Shown piece by piece: positions 38,299-48,163 of a stretch of DNA of 64,000 bases (its first letter is position 1; each line of letters starts with the position of its first letter). The DNA is from a virus. The position numbers were made by a program, and so were the translations under genes. The DNA lies in IMG/VR virus record IMGVR_UViG_3300020442_001467, positions 1-64,000 of that record; one strand, given 5' to 3'. The notes beneath the pieces were generated by a model. The model did no database searches. It was not told the origin of the DNA and worked only from the letters and a program-made list of their open reading frames with translations.

Positions 38299-38599
38299 TA
38301 AAGGAGCAGACTTTGCCGTCACCTTCTTCATCACTAATAAAGACGGAACCCCACTAAACATGTCGGGGTATACTGGTGCTGCAGCGATGAAGAAGAGTTA
38401 TTCTGCAACTACTTCAGTCCCATTTACTCTAGATTTTGTCAACAGAACTACAGGGGAAATTGCTCTGACACTAACAGACACCGAGACCCTGGCATTAGAT
38501 CGTAGAAGATATGTCTATGACATTGTTCTCACAGATCCTAACGGATACAAGACCAGAGTAATTATGGGCAATGCCGAAGTAAGTCCTGGAGTTTCCTGA
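38267..38599 (+). CDS. virion structural/adaptor protein
   Basis: NILIDKGADF...PLNMSGYTG...RYVYDIVL...GNAEVSPGV, a common phage tail-associated pattern. Confidence 0.75.
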   Translation: MAAIPVNILIDKGADFAVTFFITNKDGTPLNMSGYTGAAAMKKSYSATTSVPFTLDFVNRTTGEIALTLTDTETLALDRRRYVYDIVLTDPNGYKTRVIMGNAEVSPGVS

Positions 38600-39318
38600 T
38601 GGCACAGTATAACGTCAGGGTTGGTAATAATGCATATCGTGTTGGTAAGCAGTTGCCAGCGCAACATAAACTTGACGTAAACTACCAGATTCCGTCAAAG
38701 TCAGTACAAAATTCAAATCTTCTGATTGAATCACTGGCATCACAGTTTGATGGAACACAAGACACATTCAATCTGCTCGTTAACGGAGAACCTTATACTC
38801 CACTTAACGAAGAACAAATCATGATTTCTGTTGGGGACGTTGTTCTGTCACCAGGAGTTGACTACATTGTATCTAACGACCAGATTGTTTTTAGTACGCC
38901 ACCATCTGCTGGTGTGCAATTCTTTGGAGTAGCATATGCTACTACAGCAGATTTAACCAGAACTCTTAACTATGTCATAGACAGTGGTTCTTTCCCCATG
39001 GGGAATGGTCCAAAAGGAACCATGACCGTTGACGTTACTGGAACTATCGAATCTTGGACCATCCTTGCTGATAGCGAGGGCAACATCGAAGTTGATATCG
39101 AGAAGTGCAGTTTTGCTGACTTCCCCAACTTTCAGTCTATTTGTGGCACTGAACGTCCTACCTTGGGATCCATAAATAACTTCACGGCTAGAAAAAACAA
39201 AGACGACAGTCTGTCCACCTGGAACACTACAGTGAACGCAGGAGACATTTTTCAGTTTAAGGTGAATTATTCGATCAATATTTCACGATGCATGGTCTCA
39301 TTAAAACTGAAACTATAA
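38599..39318 (+). CDS. virion structural protein
   Basis: QFDGTQDTFNL...ISVGDVVLSPGVDY...IVFSTPP; same module recurs in gp7. Confidence 0.75.
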   Translation: MAQYNVRVGNNAYRVGKQLPAQHKLDVNYQIPSKSVQNSNLLIESLASQFDGTQDTFNLLVNGEPYTPLNEEQIMISVGDVVLSPGVDYIVSNDQIVFSTPPSAGVQFFGVAYATTADLTRTLNYVIDSGSFPMGNGPKGTMTVDVTGTIESWTILADSEGNIEVDIEKCSFADFPNFQSICGTERPTLGSINNFTARKNKDDSLSTWNTTVNAGDIFQFKVNYSINISRCMVSLKLKL

Positions 39319-39336
39319 ATAGTAACGATATAAATA
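39314..39336 (+). promoter_or_regulatory. two T4-type late promoters
   Basis: TATAAATA at 39314-39321 and 39329-39336. Confidence 0.85.
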
Positions 39337-39370
39337 AATTTACACCGAGAGATAAACACGGAGAGTTTAC

Positions 39371-40798
39371 ATGGCACTGCTAGTAACCGACAACGGTGAA
39401 ATTGATTCTCTGCGTAATCTGCTGAATTATAATCAGGAGATTCCCAGGAACCTAATTCTTAAGTTGTTCACCACCAATACGTATCCTGCTGAAAGTGATA
39501 CACCTTCCCAAACCAGATATTATGAGCCTTACACCAACAACAATACGTTGGGTTATGGTTCTGCACCTGTAACTGGTTACCACCAAATTGAAAACAACAG
39601 AACTGATCAGAACTACTCTAACCAGTATGGCATTCTGTTGAACGGCAACCGTTGGACGATTGAAACCCTACAAGCTGCTGCAGTTGCTGCTGTACAAGGT
39701 AGTGGTACACAAGACGAATATACCATCACTGTTGCTGCTAACACTGGTATCAAAAAAGGCGACTATGTAACTGGCGGCGACGTTGGTACTGGTGCATATG
39801 TCGTTGACATCGACGGTCTAACTCTCCTCTTAAGCGTCAAGAATACTGGTACATTCTCCAACCAAAACCTAGACTTTGGTGCTGGTAGAACAACCGCTTC
39901 TTATCCAGAGCAAACCTTCACCTTCAGTGGCGCTGCTGGTGACGTTTATGGTTACATGCTTGTTCGTGCCAACAACATGCCTACCACTATTCATGGTGTA
40001 GCAGACGCTGCTACAGCATCCGCTGGAACAACTATCAGTAAGACTGGTGTTCGTGGTACTATCGGCAATGACTACATCGTCCTTGCTGCTGTTTCTAACA
40101 CTACCACCATCACTGGTACTTCTGGTGAATTTGAGGTAACTGTTGGTGCTACTTCGGGTCTTGCAGTTGGTCAGAGACTAACTGGTACTGGCGTTGCTGC
40201 TGGTGCAAGAATTGCTGGTATCGCAGGAACCACTGTTTATCTAGACAAAGCACTCACTGGTGCTGCTTCTGGCAACGGTGTATTCCAAGCAGAAGTCGGT
40301 GAAGATCTAACCGTGGGCATGGCAGTTTCCCAGACTGGTACTGCTGGTGTTGTCGGTGGTGCTCCTAACGGCATCGACGCTGCAACCATTATCACTGGTA
40401 TCGATCACGTCACTTATGACGATAATGGTTCTGAACTGCTAGGACAAGTTACTGTCTACCTGAACAACGTACTGATTGACAACATTCAGCCTTCTAACAA
40501 CAATGACGAGGTTGAGTTTGACTTCAGCAAGGTAACCGCAACTGCACACGGTCTTGTCAAAGGCGATGCAGTCTACATCGACCAGGGTACTGGCAACAGC
40601 ACCACAACTCCTGGCACATACACCGTATTCGATGTACTCGATGCCAACACCTTCACTACAACCAAGGCACTAGATGGCACTGGTGATCTAACACTTTACA
40701 GCGCAATCTTCTTCGCTGAAAGATTCACCAATGGTCCATACGCGATTCAAAACGCTGGTGACCAAATCAAAGTCACCCTGAACGTCAGCCTCGACTGA
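39371..40798 (+). CDS. probable high-copy fibre/filament subunit
   Basis: LILKLFTTN...ASYPEQTFTFSG...VYGYMLV...FAERFTNGPY.I.N.GDQIKVTL; two late promoters, GGAG RBS and its own terminator. Confidence 0.75.
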   Translation: MALLVTDNGEIDSLRNLLNYNQEIPRNLILKLFTTNTYPAESDTPSQTRYYEPYTNNNTLGYGSAPVTGYHQIENNRTDQNYSNQYGILLNGNRWTIETLQAAAVAAVQGSGTQDEYTITVAANTGIKKGDYVTGGDVGTGAYVVDIDGLTLLLSVKNTGTFSNQNLDFGAGRTTASYPEQTFTFSGAAGDVYGYMLVRANNMPTTIHGVADAATASAGTTISKTGVRGTIGNDYIVLAAVSNTTTITGTSGEFEVTVGATSGLAVGQRLTGTGVAAGARIAGIAGTTVYLDKALTGAASGNGVFQAEVGEDLTVGMAVSQTGTAGVVGGAPNGIDAATIITGIDHVTYDDNGSELLGQVTVYLNNVLIDNIQPSNNNDEVEFDFSKVTATAHGLVKGDAVYIDQGTGNSTTTPGTYTVFDVLDANTFTTTKALDGTGDLTLYSAIFFAERFTNGPYAIQNAGDQIKVTLNVSLD

Positions 40799-40822
40799 TA
40801 TTCTGAAATTGAGTTCTACATT

Positions 40823-40862
40823 ATGGGGGGATTGCTTCGCTGGCGATCCCCCTATTTTTTTA
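40823..40862 (+). terminator. intrinsic terminator
   Basis: GGGGGATTGCT-tcgct-GGCGATCCCCC followed by TATTTTTTT. Confidence 0.85.
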
Positions 40863-40877
40863 ACTTGGCTGTAGTCT

Positions 40878-43800
40878 ATGGTATTCTCCTACGCTGGTAC
40901 TGGAAGAATGCCCCAGTTTGTTGCTGTGAAGGCACTGGGGTTAATTTCGTACAGCTATACATCAGCGATTGAGGAGCAGTTTTTATATCTAGATTTTGGT
41001 GCGCTGGGTCGTGCATACTGGGTAATTGCAGACCACGCAAGTAAAGTAATTGAAGATTACAAAGATGATCAAATAGTTGACTTGGTGGAGTCAGGCGGTC
41101 CCCTGAACCAAGTTGATTATGGATCTATCACAGAAGTAGAAGCATACGCCACGGATGACTGGGGCGAAATCACAGTCACAGCAAATATTCAGGCAATGGG
41201 TCGCACCCATTTCCACTCGCTCACCACCTGGTCTGTTATCAAGACTTGGGTTGGTTCTGGTACAGTATTCGAGTTCGGCGGATCCAGATACAGACTGGAT
41301 GCTCCATACATCGTTTCTGGAACACTGTGGGTTGCTGGCAATGCCAACACTCATTATGTACCTGCGATTGCTGCGGAGGGTCTACTACCCCTCCGTAGTG
41401 ACACTAAAATTGCTTATGCTCCTAACTGGAACGCATTCGGCACCCTGTTCAGCGGTAGCTTTACTGGAGAGGCTGTCGTCAAGGTATCCCCAGAGGATAG
41501 CAAGACATTATTTAACGTCCATGGTGATGCTGGTGTCAGCTTCAGACCCAACTGGGTTGGTTCTGGCGTCCTGTTTAACTTCAGCACCACTACCTTCAAA
41601 CAGACATACGATTATGTCGGTGAAGGAACTCTATTTGGTATCTCTTCTACAGAAGAAAAGGTTGTCTGGGATTACAACAATTCCAGCATCGATTACTTTA
41701 CCTATGAGAACTTCGGATCGGTTGCTGAATCACCAATCGAATCCATCACGATTCAGTCGATTGCTAATGAGACAATCCAGAGTCGTGCAAACGAAAGAAT
41801 TATTGATCTAGTTGTAGCTGGATCTACTTCTGGTGCATTCCTAGACTTTGGCAGTATCCTCACTGATGGTGAGCAGACTCCATCTACTGTCGGACTAGAT
41901 TGGGGTCACATTCTCACAAACCAGACGGATTATCCATTCGGTCTGTTCCCAATCAGTGGTACTGCCAAGCAAGTATTTACTCCCAACTTTGTTGGTTCTG
42001 GTGGACTGTTCGCATTCGTCAATGGTCGCGGCAGAACGAAACCCAGATGGATTGCCTTTGTCAACATCGGAATCTTTGGTGCATCGAAGACAAACTTCAG
42101 TCTTCTACACCAAGGTTCTGGTTCTCTATTCAGCATCAACAATGCAGAAGACAGCAGAGCATACGCTTATAACGGTTCTGGCGCTCTCTATGCCTTCTCT
42201 GGTGCCGCCGAGGCAGTTGGGTTCAACCCACCAGAAGATACCGCTCTACTGCCACTACAGGGCGCTGCGAAGGTGTCCTTCGCCCCCAACTGGGTTGCAG
42301 AAGGTACAGTCAAGGCAGAAGGCGCAGCAGTCGAGAGACAGACAGATCATTACAAAGGATCTGGAACTCTATTCAACTTCGAGACAGGGATCGAGAAAGT
42401 TGCATATCACTATAGCAGCACATCCAATGCTATCTTCCAGTATCGCAACTATGGATCTGTTGCTGATCAACCAATTGAATCTATTACGATTCAATCTATT
42501 GCTAATGAGACCATTGAAAGTCGTAAGGACGACAGAATTATTGACCTGGTAGTAGGTGGCACTACTTCTGGATCTTACCTGGATTATGGTCCAATTCTTA
42601 TCGATGGCGAGGACGCTCCAGAGACTGTTCGCGAAGACTATGGTTCCATCATGGAATCCATCTCTCGCTACGCAATGGGCGATCTGTTGGTACATGGTAC
42701 TGCAGCAGTCAGGAGAGAGTTCTCCTACGTTGGTAAAGGTGATCTGTTTGCCTTCGTCGAGGGTCGTGGTAGAACGAAACCCAGATGGATTGCCAATGTC
42801 AATATTGAGGTCCGTGGCGAGGGTCAAGATGCAGTCGTCAAACGCTTCGTTGGCGATGGTAATCTATTCAACTTCGAGAAAGCAGAAGAAAGGAGAACCT
42901 TCGGTTACGAAGTTCAAGGAACTCTCTTCACGTCTGGCGAAGCTGCTATCGCATTCGAGAGAGCACCATATCCTGCATATGTCCTCTTCGATGTTACTGG
43001 CAACACAAAAGTTGCATTCGTACCCAACTTCAATGGTTCTGGTGTTGCCAGTATCGATGTCGAGCACGTCGAAAGAACTACATTCAGCGAGGTTGGATCT
43101 GGTGTCCTCTTCGACATGGGCAACCTGGTCGAGAGAAGGACATACCACTACAGTCATACTTCCGACACTATATTCACTCCTCTGGATTATGGTTCGGTTG
43201 CTGCCAATCCAATCGACTCCATTACGATCCAGTCTATCGCTAATGATACGATTGAAAGTCGTAAGGACCAGAGAATTATTGATCTTGTAACTGGTGGTTC
43301 TACCTCTGGTTCTTACTTCGATTATGGAACTGTCAGTGACTTCTATCCATCTATCACGGATGACTATGAAGGTATCACAGAGACAGTCACCAGATATGCG
43401 ATGGGTGGTCCACAAATCAGTGGTGCTGCCGATGTCAACTTCAGACCTGTCTACATTGGTTCTGGAGACATTACTATCAATGTCAGCACTATCATCAGAG
43501 TGCTGCCCAGATGGATTGCCTTTGTACCCATCGAGTTTACAGGTGTTGCAACAGACACCTTCACCAAAGCATACAAAGGTTCTGGTATTCTTCCTCTACC
43601 TGTCAGCACGACAGATGCAAGAAGCTTTGCATACGAAGGCAAAGGAGAACTATTTGCTATCAACGGTGGGGAAGAAGCAGTCGCATTCGACTACCCACGT
43701 CAAGATCCTGTATTTACAATTACAGGCGAAGCAAAAGTTGCATTCGTACCCAACTTCAATGGTTCTGGTACAGCAACCCTTTCTGGTACACTCGTCGAGA

Positions 43801-46800
43801 GAGCTGCATTCAATCCTCCTGCGCGTGGAGATCTCTTCAGCTTCAACAATCTCGATGAGCGTAGAACATATCATTACAACTCCAGTTCTATTGATCTACT
43901 CAACAGAATCAGCTATGGTTCTGTTGCTTCGCCAGTCATTGATTCTTGGGTCATTGCTGACCACGCAACCAAGGTCATTCAGGACTACAGAAATGATAAG
44001 ATCGTCGATCTTGTCGAGGGATCTGGTGGCGACTACTTCGATTATGGATTCCTAGAACAAGAAAATGTTGGTGGTCTTCCCAACATCAATACTCCAGATG
44101 CTACCGAAGATTATCAGTTCATCAGAGATCCAGATCTCGATGCTTCCCGATACCCCTTCGGTCATCTATTCAAGTTCTCTGGTCGTTCTGGTGGAGTCAA
44201 GGTTGTCATCAATCTGCGTCACATCGCAGTTCTGGACAAACCAACACTCAAGATTTCTGGCGATGTATTCGTCAAACTTCCCAACAAACACGAGGGAAGT
44301 GGTGTTCTATTCAACACTGGTGGTGCAGCAGAGTCTGCAACATTCAGAGAAGTCAAGGACGGTCTATTCGAGTTCGTTGGATTCGCTGCAACCAGAAGAA
44401 TCCCCAACTTCAATGGCAGCGGTACTATCACATTGGATGGTGCATCCAGCAGTGCAGTTGCATTCGCAGGATTCCAAGAGAACACGATTGTTCTTCGCGG
44501 TATCTCTGGCGTCAAGTACACACCATCCTATGCTGGAACTGGTGTTATCTCCACATTGTCTGGTGCTGCCGAGGCAGTTACAGCAAGTCCAGACGATCTC
44601 ATTGGTCTGTTCGACTTTGTTGGAACGGCAACAGAAAAAGCAACAGCAGCATACACTGGTTCTGGTTCACTGTTTGCATTGTCTGGCGCAGTCGAGGCAG
44701 TTGCTGTTGCAGAAGAGAAGAGAAATCTTATCAAGATCAGCGGCAACGCTGGCGAGAGATTCATCCCGAACTTCAATGGTTCTGGTGCTCTATCTGTACT
44801 ATCTGGCGCAGCAGAATCCAGAACAGCAAGTCCAGACGATCTGTTCACTCTGTTCGACTTTACTGGTCGTGGCACGGTCAGGGCAACTATTGCCGAATCT
44901 GGATTCGCTCTTCTCTCTGTATCTGGCACAACAGAACCAGAGGTCCTCACGTTTGCAGAGCAACCATTTGGTACTGCTACGATCAGTGGCAATGCTGGAG
45001 AGAGATTTGTTCCCAACTGGGTTGGTTCTGGTACTATCGCAACCTTGTCGGGTGCAGCAGAATCTGCAACATTCAATCCTCTGGAGAGACAGCTTCTGTT
45101 CTCCATGGGTGGCGTTGCTACAGAAGCATTTGCTGCAGCACCCACAATCAAGGGAGCAGAGATCAAACTCTCTGGAACCACCGCTCCAGAAATTCGCACA
45201 TTTGCAGAGCAACCATTCGGGGTTATTCCTGTCAGTGGTATTGCAGAAGTCATCAACGTCGATGTATATCTGGCAGAAGGTACTCTGTTCTCTGGTGGAT
45301 TCACTTCAGAATCTGTCACGTTCAAGATTCCTCCAGTCAGAGATGGAGACATTCTCTTCCGTGGTTCTGCAGTCGAGGCAGTTGGATTCAATCCACCAGA
45401 AGAAACTGCACATCTTCTCCTTTCTGGAGAGGTTGTCATTCCTCTTCGCACATTCGCAGAGCAACCAACCGTTCGTGTTGCTATCAGCGGTGTTGCAATC
45501 GAGAAGAACACCGAAGTATATGTTGGAACTGGTGCTATCTTCTCCAACGGATTCACCTCCGAATCTGTCACCAGAAAACTCCCAGAGTTCACAGCACACC
45601 TCAATGTTACTGGTCTCGCAGAAGAGAGAGCAACATTCAGAGAGATCTTCTTTGGTTCCCTCTTCAAGTTCAGAGGATCTGCAGGTCGCGCACTCCTCAC
45701 GTTTGCAGAGCAACCACAGACTCTATCCAAGATTAGTGGTGTTGCTGCTACCACCAGAGCAAGAGACTTCGTTGGCGAAGGCAACATTGCAACTCTTTCT
45801 GGTGCTGCCGAGGCAGTCACTTTCAATCCTCTGGAAAGAGATCTGCTCTTCGATGTTACTGGCATCGCTGCAGAAAGAAGAACAAATGTATTTGTTGGTT
45901 CTGGTCAAATCAAGGTCTACCCAGAAGCAGCAGACATCAGATTCATCCCCAACTGGAATGCAGAAGGTGTCATTCCTGTCAGTGGTACTGCGGTCGAACG
46001 GGTTGCAAGAGACGAGGTTGTTCAGGTCAACATCGGAACATTCTCTGGTGCAGCAGAGTCTGTCACCTTCAATCCACTCGAAAAAGATATGCTGTTCTCT
46101 GTTGGAGGCAGAGCAGCATACAGAACTTCTGTATCGGAAGTCAAACTTGCCAACGCAAGACTCTTCGCAGACGACAACAACGGAGCAACTACCAGGATAC
46201 ACGTTGGTTCTGGAACAGCAACTCTATCTGGTGCTGGTCGTATTGTCATTACTCTCTCCTTCGTTGGAGACATCAGAATTGGTACATTCTCTGGTGCAGC
46301 AGAAGCAGTCACCTTCAATCCACTGGAGAAGGATCTACTATTCTCTGCATCTGGTATTGCATCCCTACGTTCCACTCGCGCTTACTCTGGAACTGGTTCT
46401 CTCTTTGCAGTCAACGGTGCAGCAGAATCCAGAACTGTTGTTCCACCAGCAGATGGTCTGTATGCAATCAATGGCGAAGCGAAGATTGTTATTACAGTCT
46501 CCCACATTGGCGATGGCAATCTCTTCAGTTTCGTCAAGGGTGCAGAAAGCTTTACTTACGATTACGTTGGGGAGCAAGTTCTCTTCAATCTATCTGGCGA
46601 AGCAGTCGAGAGAATTACCAATGCAGAATCTGGATTTGGTTCTATCTTCTCCATCGGTGGTGCTGCAGAAAGAGTTGCCTTTGTACCAAGTCTGCTTGCA
46701 GATGTCAACATTGCTGGTCGTGCAGCAACTCCAAGATCCAGAGTATTCACTGGTTCTGGAGACCTATATGCATTCGACGGTGCAGCAGAGTCCAGAACAA

Positions 46801-47264
46801 TTGCTTACGAGAACGTCGCAATCTTCGACTTCCTCGGTCAGGTCAAACCTGCTATCACCAAGGCATATGTTGGCGAAGCAGAGATCGAAGTTTCTGGAGC
46901 AGCGGCAGTTGCATTCGTCAGAGCACCTTATCCTGGTCAAGCAGACGCTCAACTGTCTGGCACAGCAACAGAGAGCACAACTGTCAACCCACCAGAAGAC
47001 GGCACAGAGATTGCAACCTCTGGCGAGGCAAAGGTTCTTCGCTCCTTCGGTTACGAAGGATCTGGTCAACTCAAAGTACACGGCGATACCATTATTGGTA
47101 TTTCTCTCCGTATCTTTGGTACTGGATCTATCAAGGTCGATGTTCGCACGAGATACTTCCCACTACTCCAGCACACACCAGATGTTCACATCTACATCGC
47201 TGGCAGCGCAGCAACTGTCAAGATCGATGTTGCTCCACCACGTACCTATGGATGGATTATTTAA
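40878..47264 (+). CDS. 2128-aa repetitive structural protein (possible fibre scaffold/ruler)
   Basis: Long ORF of G-S-G-x-L-F / SGAAE repeats with five periodic IIDLV...DYG modules. Confidence 0.8.
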   Translation: MVFSYAGTGRMPQFVAVKALGLISYSYTSAIEEQFLYLDFGALGRAYWVIADHASKVIEDYKDDQIVDLVESGGPLNQVDYGSITEVEAYATDDWGEITVTANIQAMGRTHFHSLTTWSVIKTWVGSGTVFEFGGSRYRLDAPYIVSGTLWVAGNANTHYVPAIAAEGLLPLRSDTKIAYAPNWNAFGTLFSGSFTGEAVVKVSPEDSKTLFNVHGDAGVSFRPNWVGSGVLFNFSTTTFKQTYDYVGEGTLFGISSTEEKVVWDYNNSSIDYFTYENFGSVAESPIESITIQSIANETIQSRANERIIDLVVAGSTSGAFLDFGSILTDGEQTPSTVGLDWGHILTNQTDYPFGLFPISGTAKQVFTPNFVGSGGLFAFVNGRGRTKPRWIAFVNIGIFGASKTNFSLLHQGSGSLFSINNAEDSRAYAYNGSGALYAFSGAAEAVGFNPPEDTALLPLQGAAKVSFAPNWVAEGTVKAEGAAVERQTDHYKGSGTLFNFETGIEKVAYHYSSTSNAIFQYRNYGSVADQPIESITIQSIANETIESRKDDRIIDLVVGGTTSGSYLDYGPILIDGEDAPETVREDYGSIMESISRYAMGDLLVHGTAAVRREFSYVGKGDLFAFVEGRGRTKPRWIANVNIEVRGEGQDAVVKRFVGDGNLFNFEKAEERRTFGYEVQGTLFTSGEAAIAFERAPYPAYVLFDVTGNTKVAFVPNFNGSGVASIDVEHVERTTFSEVGSGVLFDMGNLVERRTYHYSHTSDTIFTPLDYGSVAANPIDSITIQSIANDTIESRKDQRIIDLVTGGSTSGSYFDYGTVSDFYPSITDDYEGITETVTRYAMGGPQISGAADVNFRPVYIGSGDITINVSTIIRVLPRWIAFVPIEFTGVATDTFTKAYKGSGILPLPVSTTDARSFAYEGKGELFAINGGEEAVAFDYPRQDPVFTITGEAKVAFVPNFNGSGTATLSGTLVERAAFNPPARGDLFSFNNLDERRTYHYNSSSIDLLNRISYGSVASPVIDSWVIADHATKVIQDYRNDKIVDLVEGSGGDYFDYGFLEQENVGGLPNINTPDATEDYQFIRDPDLDASRYPFGHLFKFSGRSGGVKVVINLRHIAVLDKPTLKISGDVFVKLPNKHEGSGVLFNTGGAAESATFREVKDGLFEFVGFAATRRIPNFNGSGTITLDGASSSAVAFAGFQENTIVLRGISGVKYTPSYAGTGVISTLSGAAEAVTASPDDLIGLFDFVGTATEKATAAYTGSGSLFALSGAVEAVAVAEEKRNLIKISGNAGERFIPNFNGSGALSVLSGAAESRTASPDDLFTLFDFTGRGTVRATIAESGFALLSVSGTTEPEVLTFAEQPFGTATISGNAGERFVPNWVGSGTIATLSGAAESATFNPLERQLLFSMGGVATEAFAAAPTIKGAEIKLSGTTAPEIRTFAEQPFGVIPVSGIAEVINVDVYLAEGTLFSGGFTSESVTFKIPPVRDGDILFRGSAVEAVGFNPPEETAHLLLSGEVVIPLRTFAEQPTVRVAISGVAIEKNTEVYVGTGAIFSNGFTSESVTRKLPEFTAHLNVTGLAEERATFREIFFGSLFKFRGSAGRALLTFAEQPQTLSKISGVAATTRARDFVGEGNIATLSGAAEAVTFNPLERDLLFDVTGIAAERRTNVFVGSGQIKVYPEAADIRFIPNWNAEGVIPVSGTAVERVARDEVVQVNIGTFSGAAESVTFNPLEKDMLFSVGGRAAYRTSVSEVKLANARLFADDNNGATTRIHVGSGTATLSGAGRIVITLSFVGDIRIGTFSGAAEAVTFNPLEKDLLFSASGIASLRSTRAYSGTGSLFAVNGAAESRTVVPPADGLYAINGEAKIVITVSHIGDGNLFSFVKGAESFTYDYVGEQVLFNLSGEAVERITNAESGFGSIFSIGGAAERVAFVPSLLADVNIAGRAATPRSRVFTGSGDLYAFDGAAESRTIAYENVAIFDFLGQVKPAITKAYVGEAEIEVSGAAAVAFVRAPYPGQADAQLSGTATESTTVNPPEDGTEIATSGEAKVLRSFGYEGSGQLKVHGDTIIGISLRIFGTGSIKVDVRTRYFPLLQHTPDVHIYIAGSAATVKIDVAPPRTYGWII

Positions 47265-47267
47265 TAG

Positions 47268-47275
47268 TATAAATA
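47268..47275 (+). promoter_or_regulatory. T4-type late promoter
   Basis: TATAAATA. Confidence 0.85.
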
Positions 47276-47300
47276 ACATTGGTATCCTAAATTAATTTTA

Positions 47301-47759
47301 ATGACTACCCAGGTACAGTTTAGAAGAGGTACTACTGCTGAACATGCTCACTTCGCGGGAGCGCAGGGTGAGTTGACTATTGATACTGATAAGAATATGG
47401 CGGTTGTCCATGATGGACAAACGAATGGTGGATTTGACGTTTTTCGTGCTCGGTGGGAGTATCTAAATCAAAGTGTCACACTTGGCACCAGTCTTCGTTA
47501 TCTCGTAGACTCGTCTGGAGGACCACTTACGTTAACTCTACCACTATATAATAATCAGTTGGTTCCCAAAGCAGGGGACACCTTGGAGTTCATTGATATT
47601 AATTTTACGTGGGATACAAATAATGTAACAATCGTCGATCCAATTGGAAGAGAATTTCAAAACACTTTTGGAGTTATTTCCAGTCCTTTAGTATTCGACT
47701 TGAAAGGAGCGAGAGTGCAACTAATTTGGGACGGTAACTACTGGAGGGTAATTGTATGA
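47301..47759 (+). CDS. tail protein with Mtd-N-like N-terminus and gp9/gp10-like C-terminal domain
   Basis: QVQFRRGTTAEH..F.GAQGELTIDTD; YLVDSSGGPLTLTLP...GDTLEFID. Confidence 0.75.
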   Translation: MTTQVQFRRGTTAEHAHFAGAQGELTIDTDKNMAVVHDGQTNGGFDVFRARWEYLNQSVTLGTSLRYLVDSSGGPLTLTLPLYNNQLVPKAGDTLEFIDINFTWDTNNVTIVDPIGREFQNTFGVISSPLVFDLKGARVQLIWDGNYWRVIV

Positions 47760-48148
47760 CAATGTTTATTAGCGATAGCTATCAACAAGCTGGGGGGAGT
47801 GGTCAATCCTTTTCCACCAATAGCTACACCCTTGGTAATGACTTTACCATTCATGCTCTTCAAAGAGATGATGATGGAATGCTTCGTTACACCAGAATTA
47901 GATCTATTGATGATGAAATTGGAGATTTTTACCGTTTAGACGGAACCCCATACCTAGATATTGCTACAGGTGTGTATGACTACGTAGAAGAAACTACAGA
48001 ATCCAAGTCATATAAGAATCATCCACAAGATAAATACCAACAGTATAGATTTGATAGTCGCAAGATTAGCTATTTTATTGATGATGACGGATACTTTGTA
48101 ATTCGTTTCAATGAAAATTATGATTACACCACCGAAGGACCCAAATAA
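47756..48148 (+). CDS. hypothetical structural protein
   Basis: 130 aa, ATGA coupling; YQQYRFD...YFIDDDGYFV. Confidence 0.7.
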   Translation: MTMFISDSYQQAGGSGQSFSTNSYTLGNDFTIHALQRDDDGMLRYTRIRSIDDEIGDFYRLDGTPYLDIATGVYDYVEETTESKSYKNHPQDKYQQYRFDSRKISYFIDDDGYFVIRFNENYDYTTEGPK

Positions 48149-48163
48149 TAAGGCAGCATAAAC

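Noticed and set aside
44528-45865. 445-aa antisense ORF
   Set aside because: Codon-aligned antisense shadow of a biased repeat gene; the minus strand has many stops in other frames and no expression signals.
40878-47264. Diversity-generating retroelement or CRISPR-like array as the explanation for the repeats
   Set aside because: The repeats are degenerate at DNA level and conserved at protein level. There is no reverse transcriptase, no TR/VR pair differing only at adenines, and no identical repeats with spacers.
44065-47295. 1076-aa +1-frame ORF (and 41155, 41956, 42556, 43294) as independent genes
   Set aside because: Leu/Ser/Val/Gln-rich shadow of the main frame, with no RBS or promoter. 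It is treated as a consequence of stop depletion, although translation by frameshifting is not excluded.
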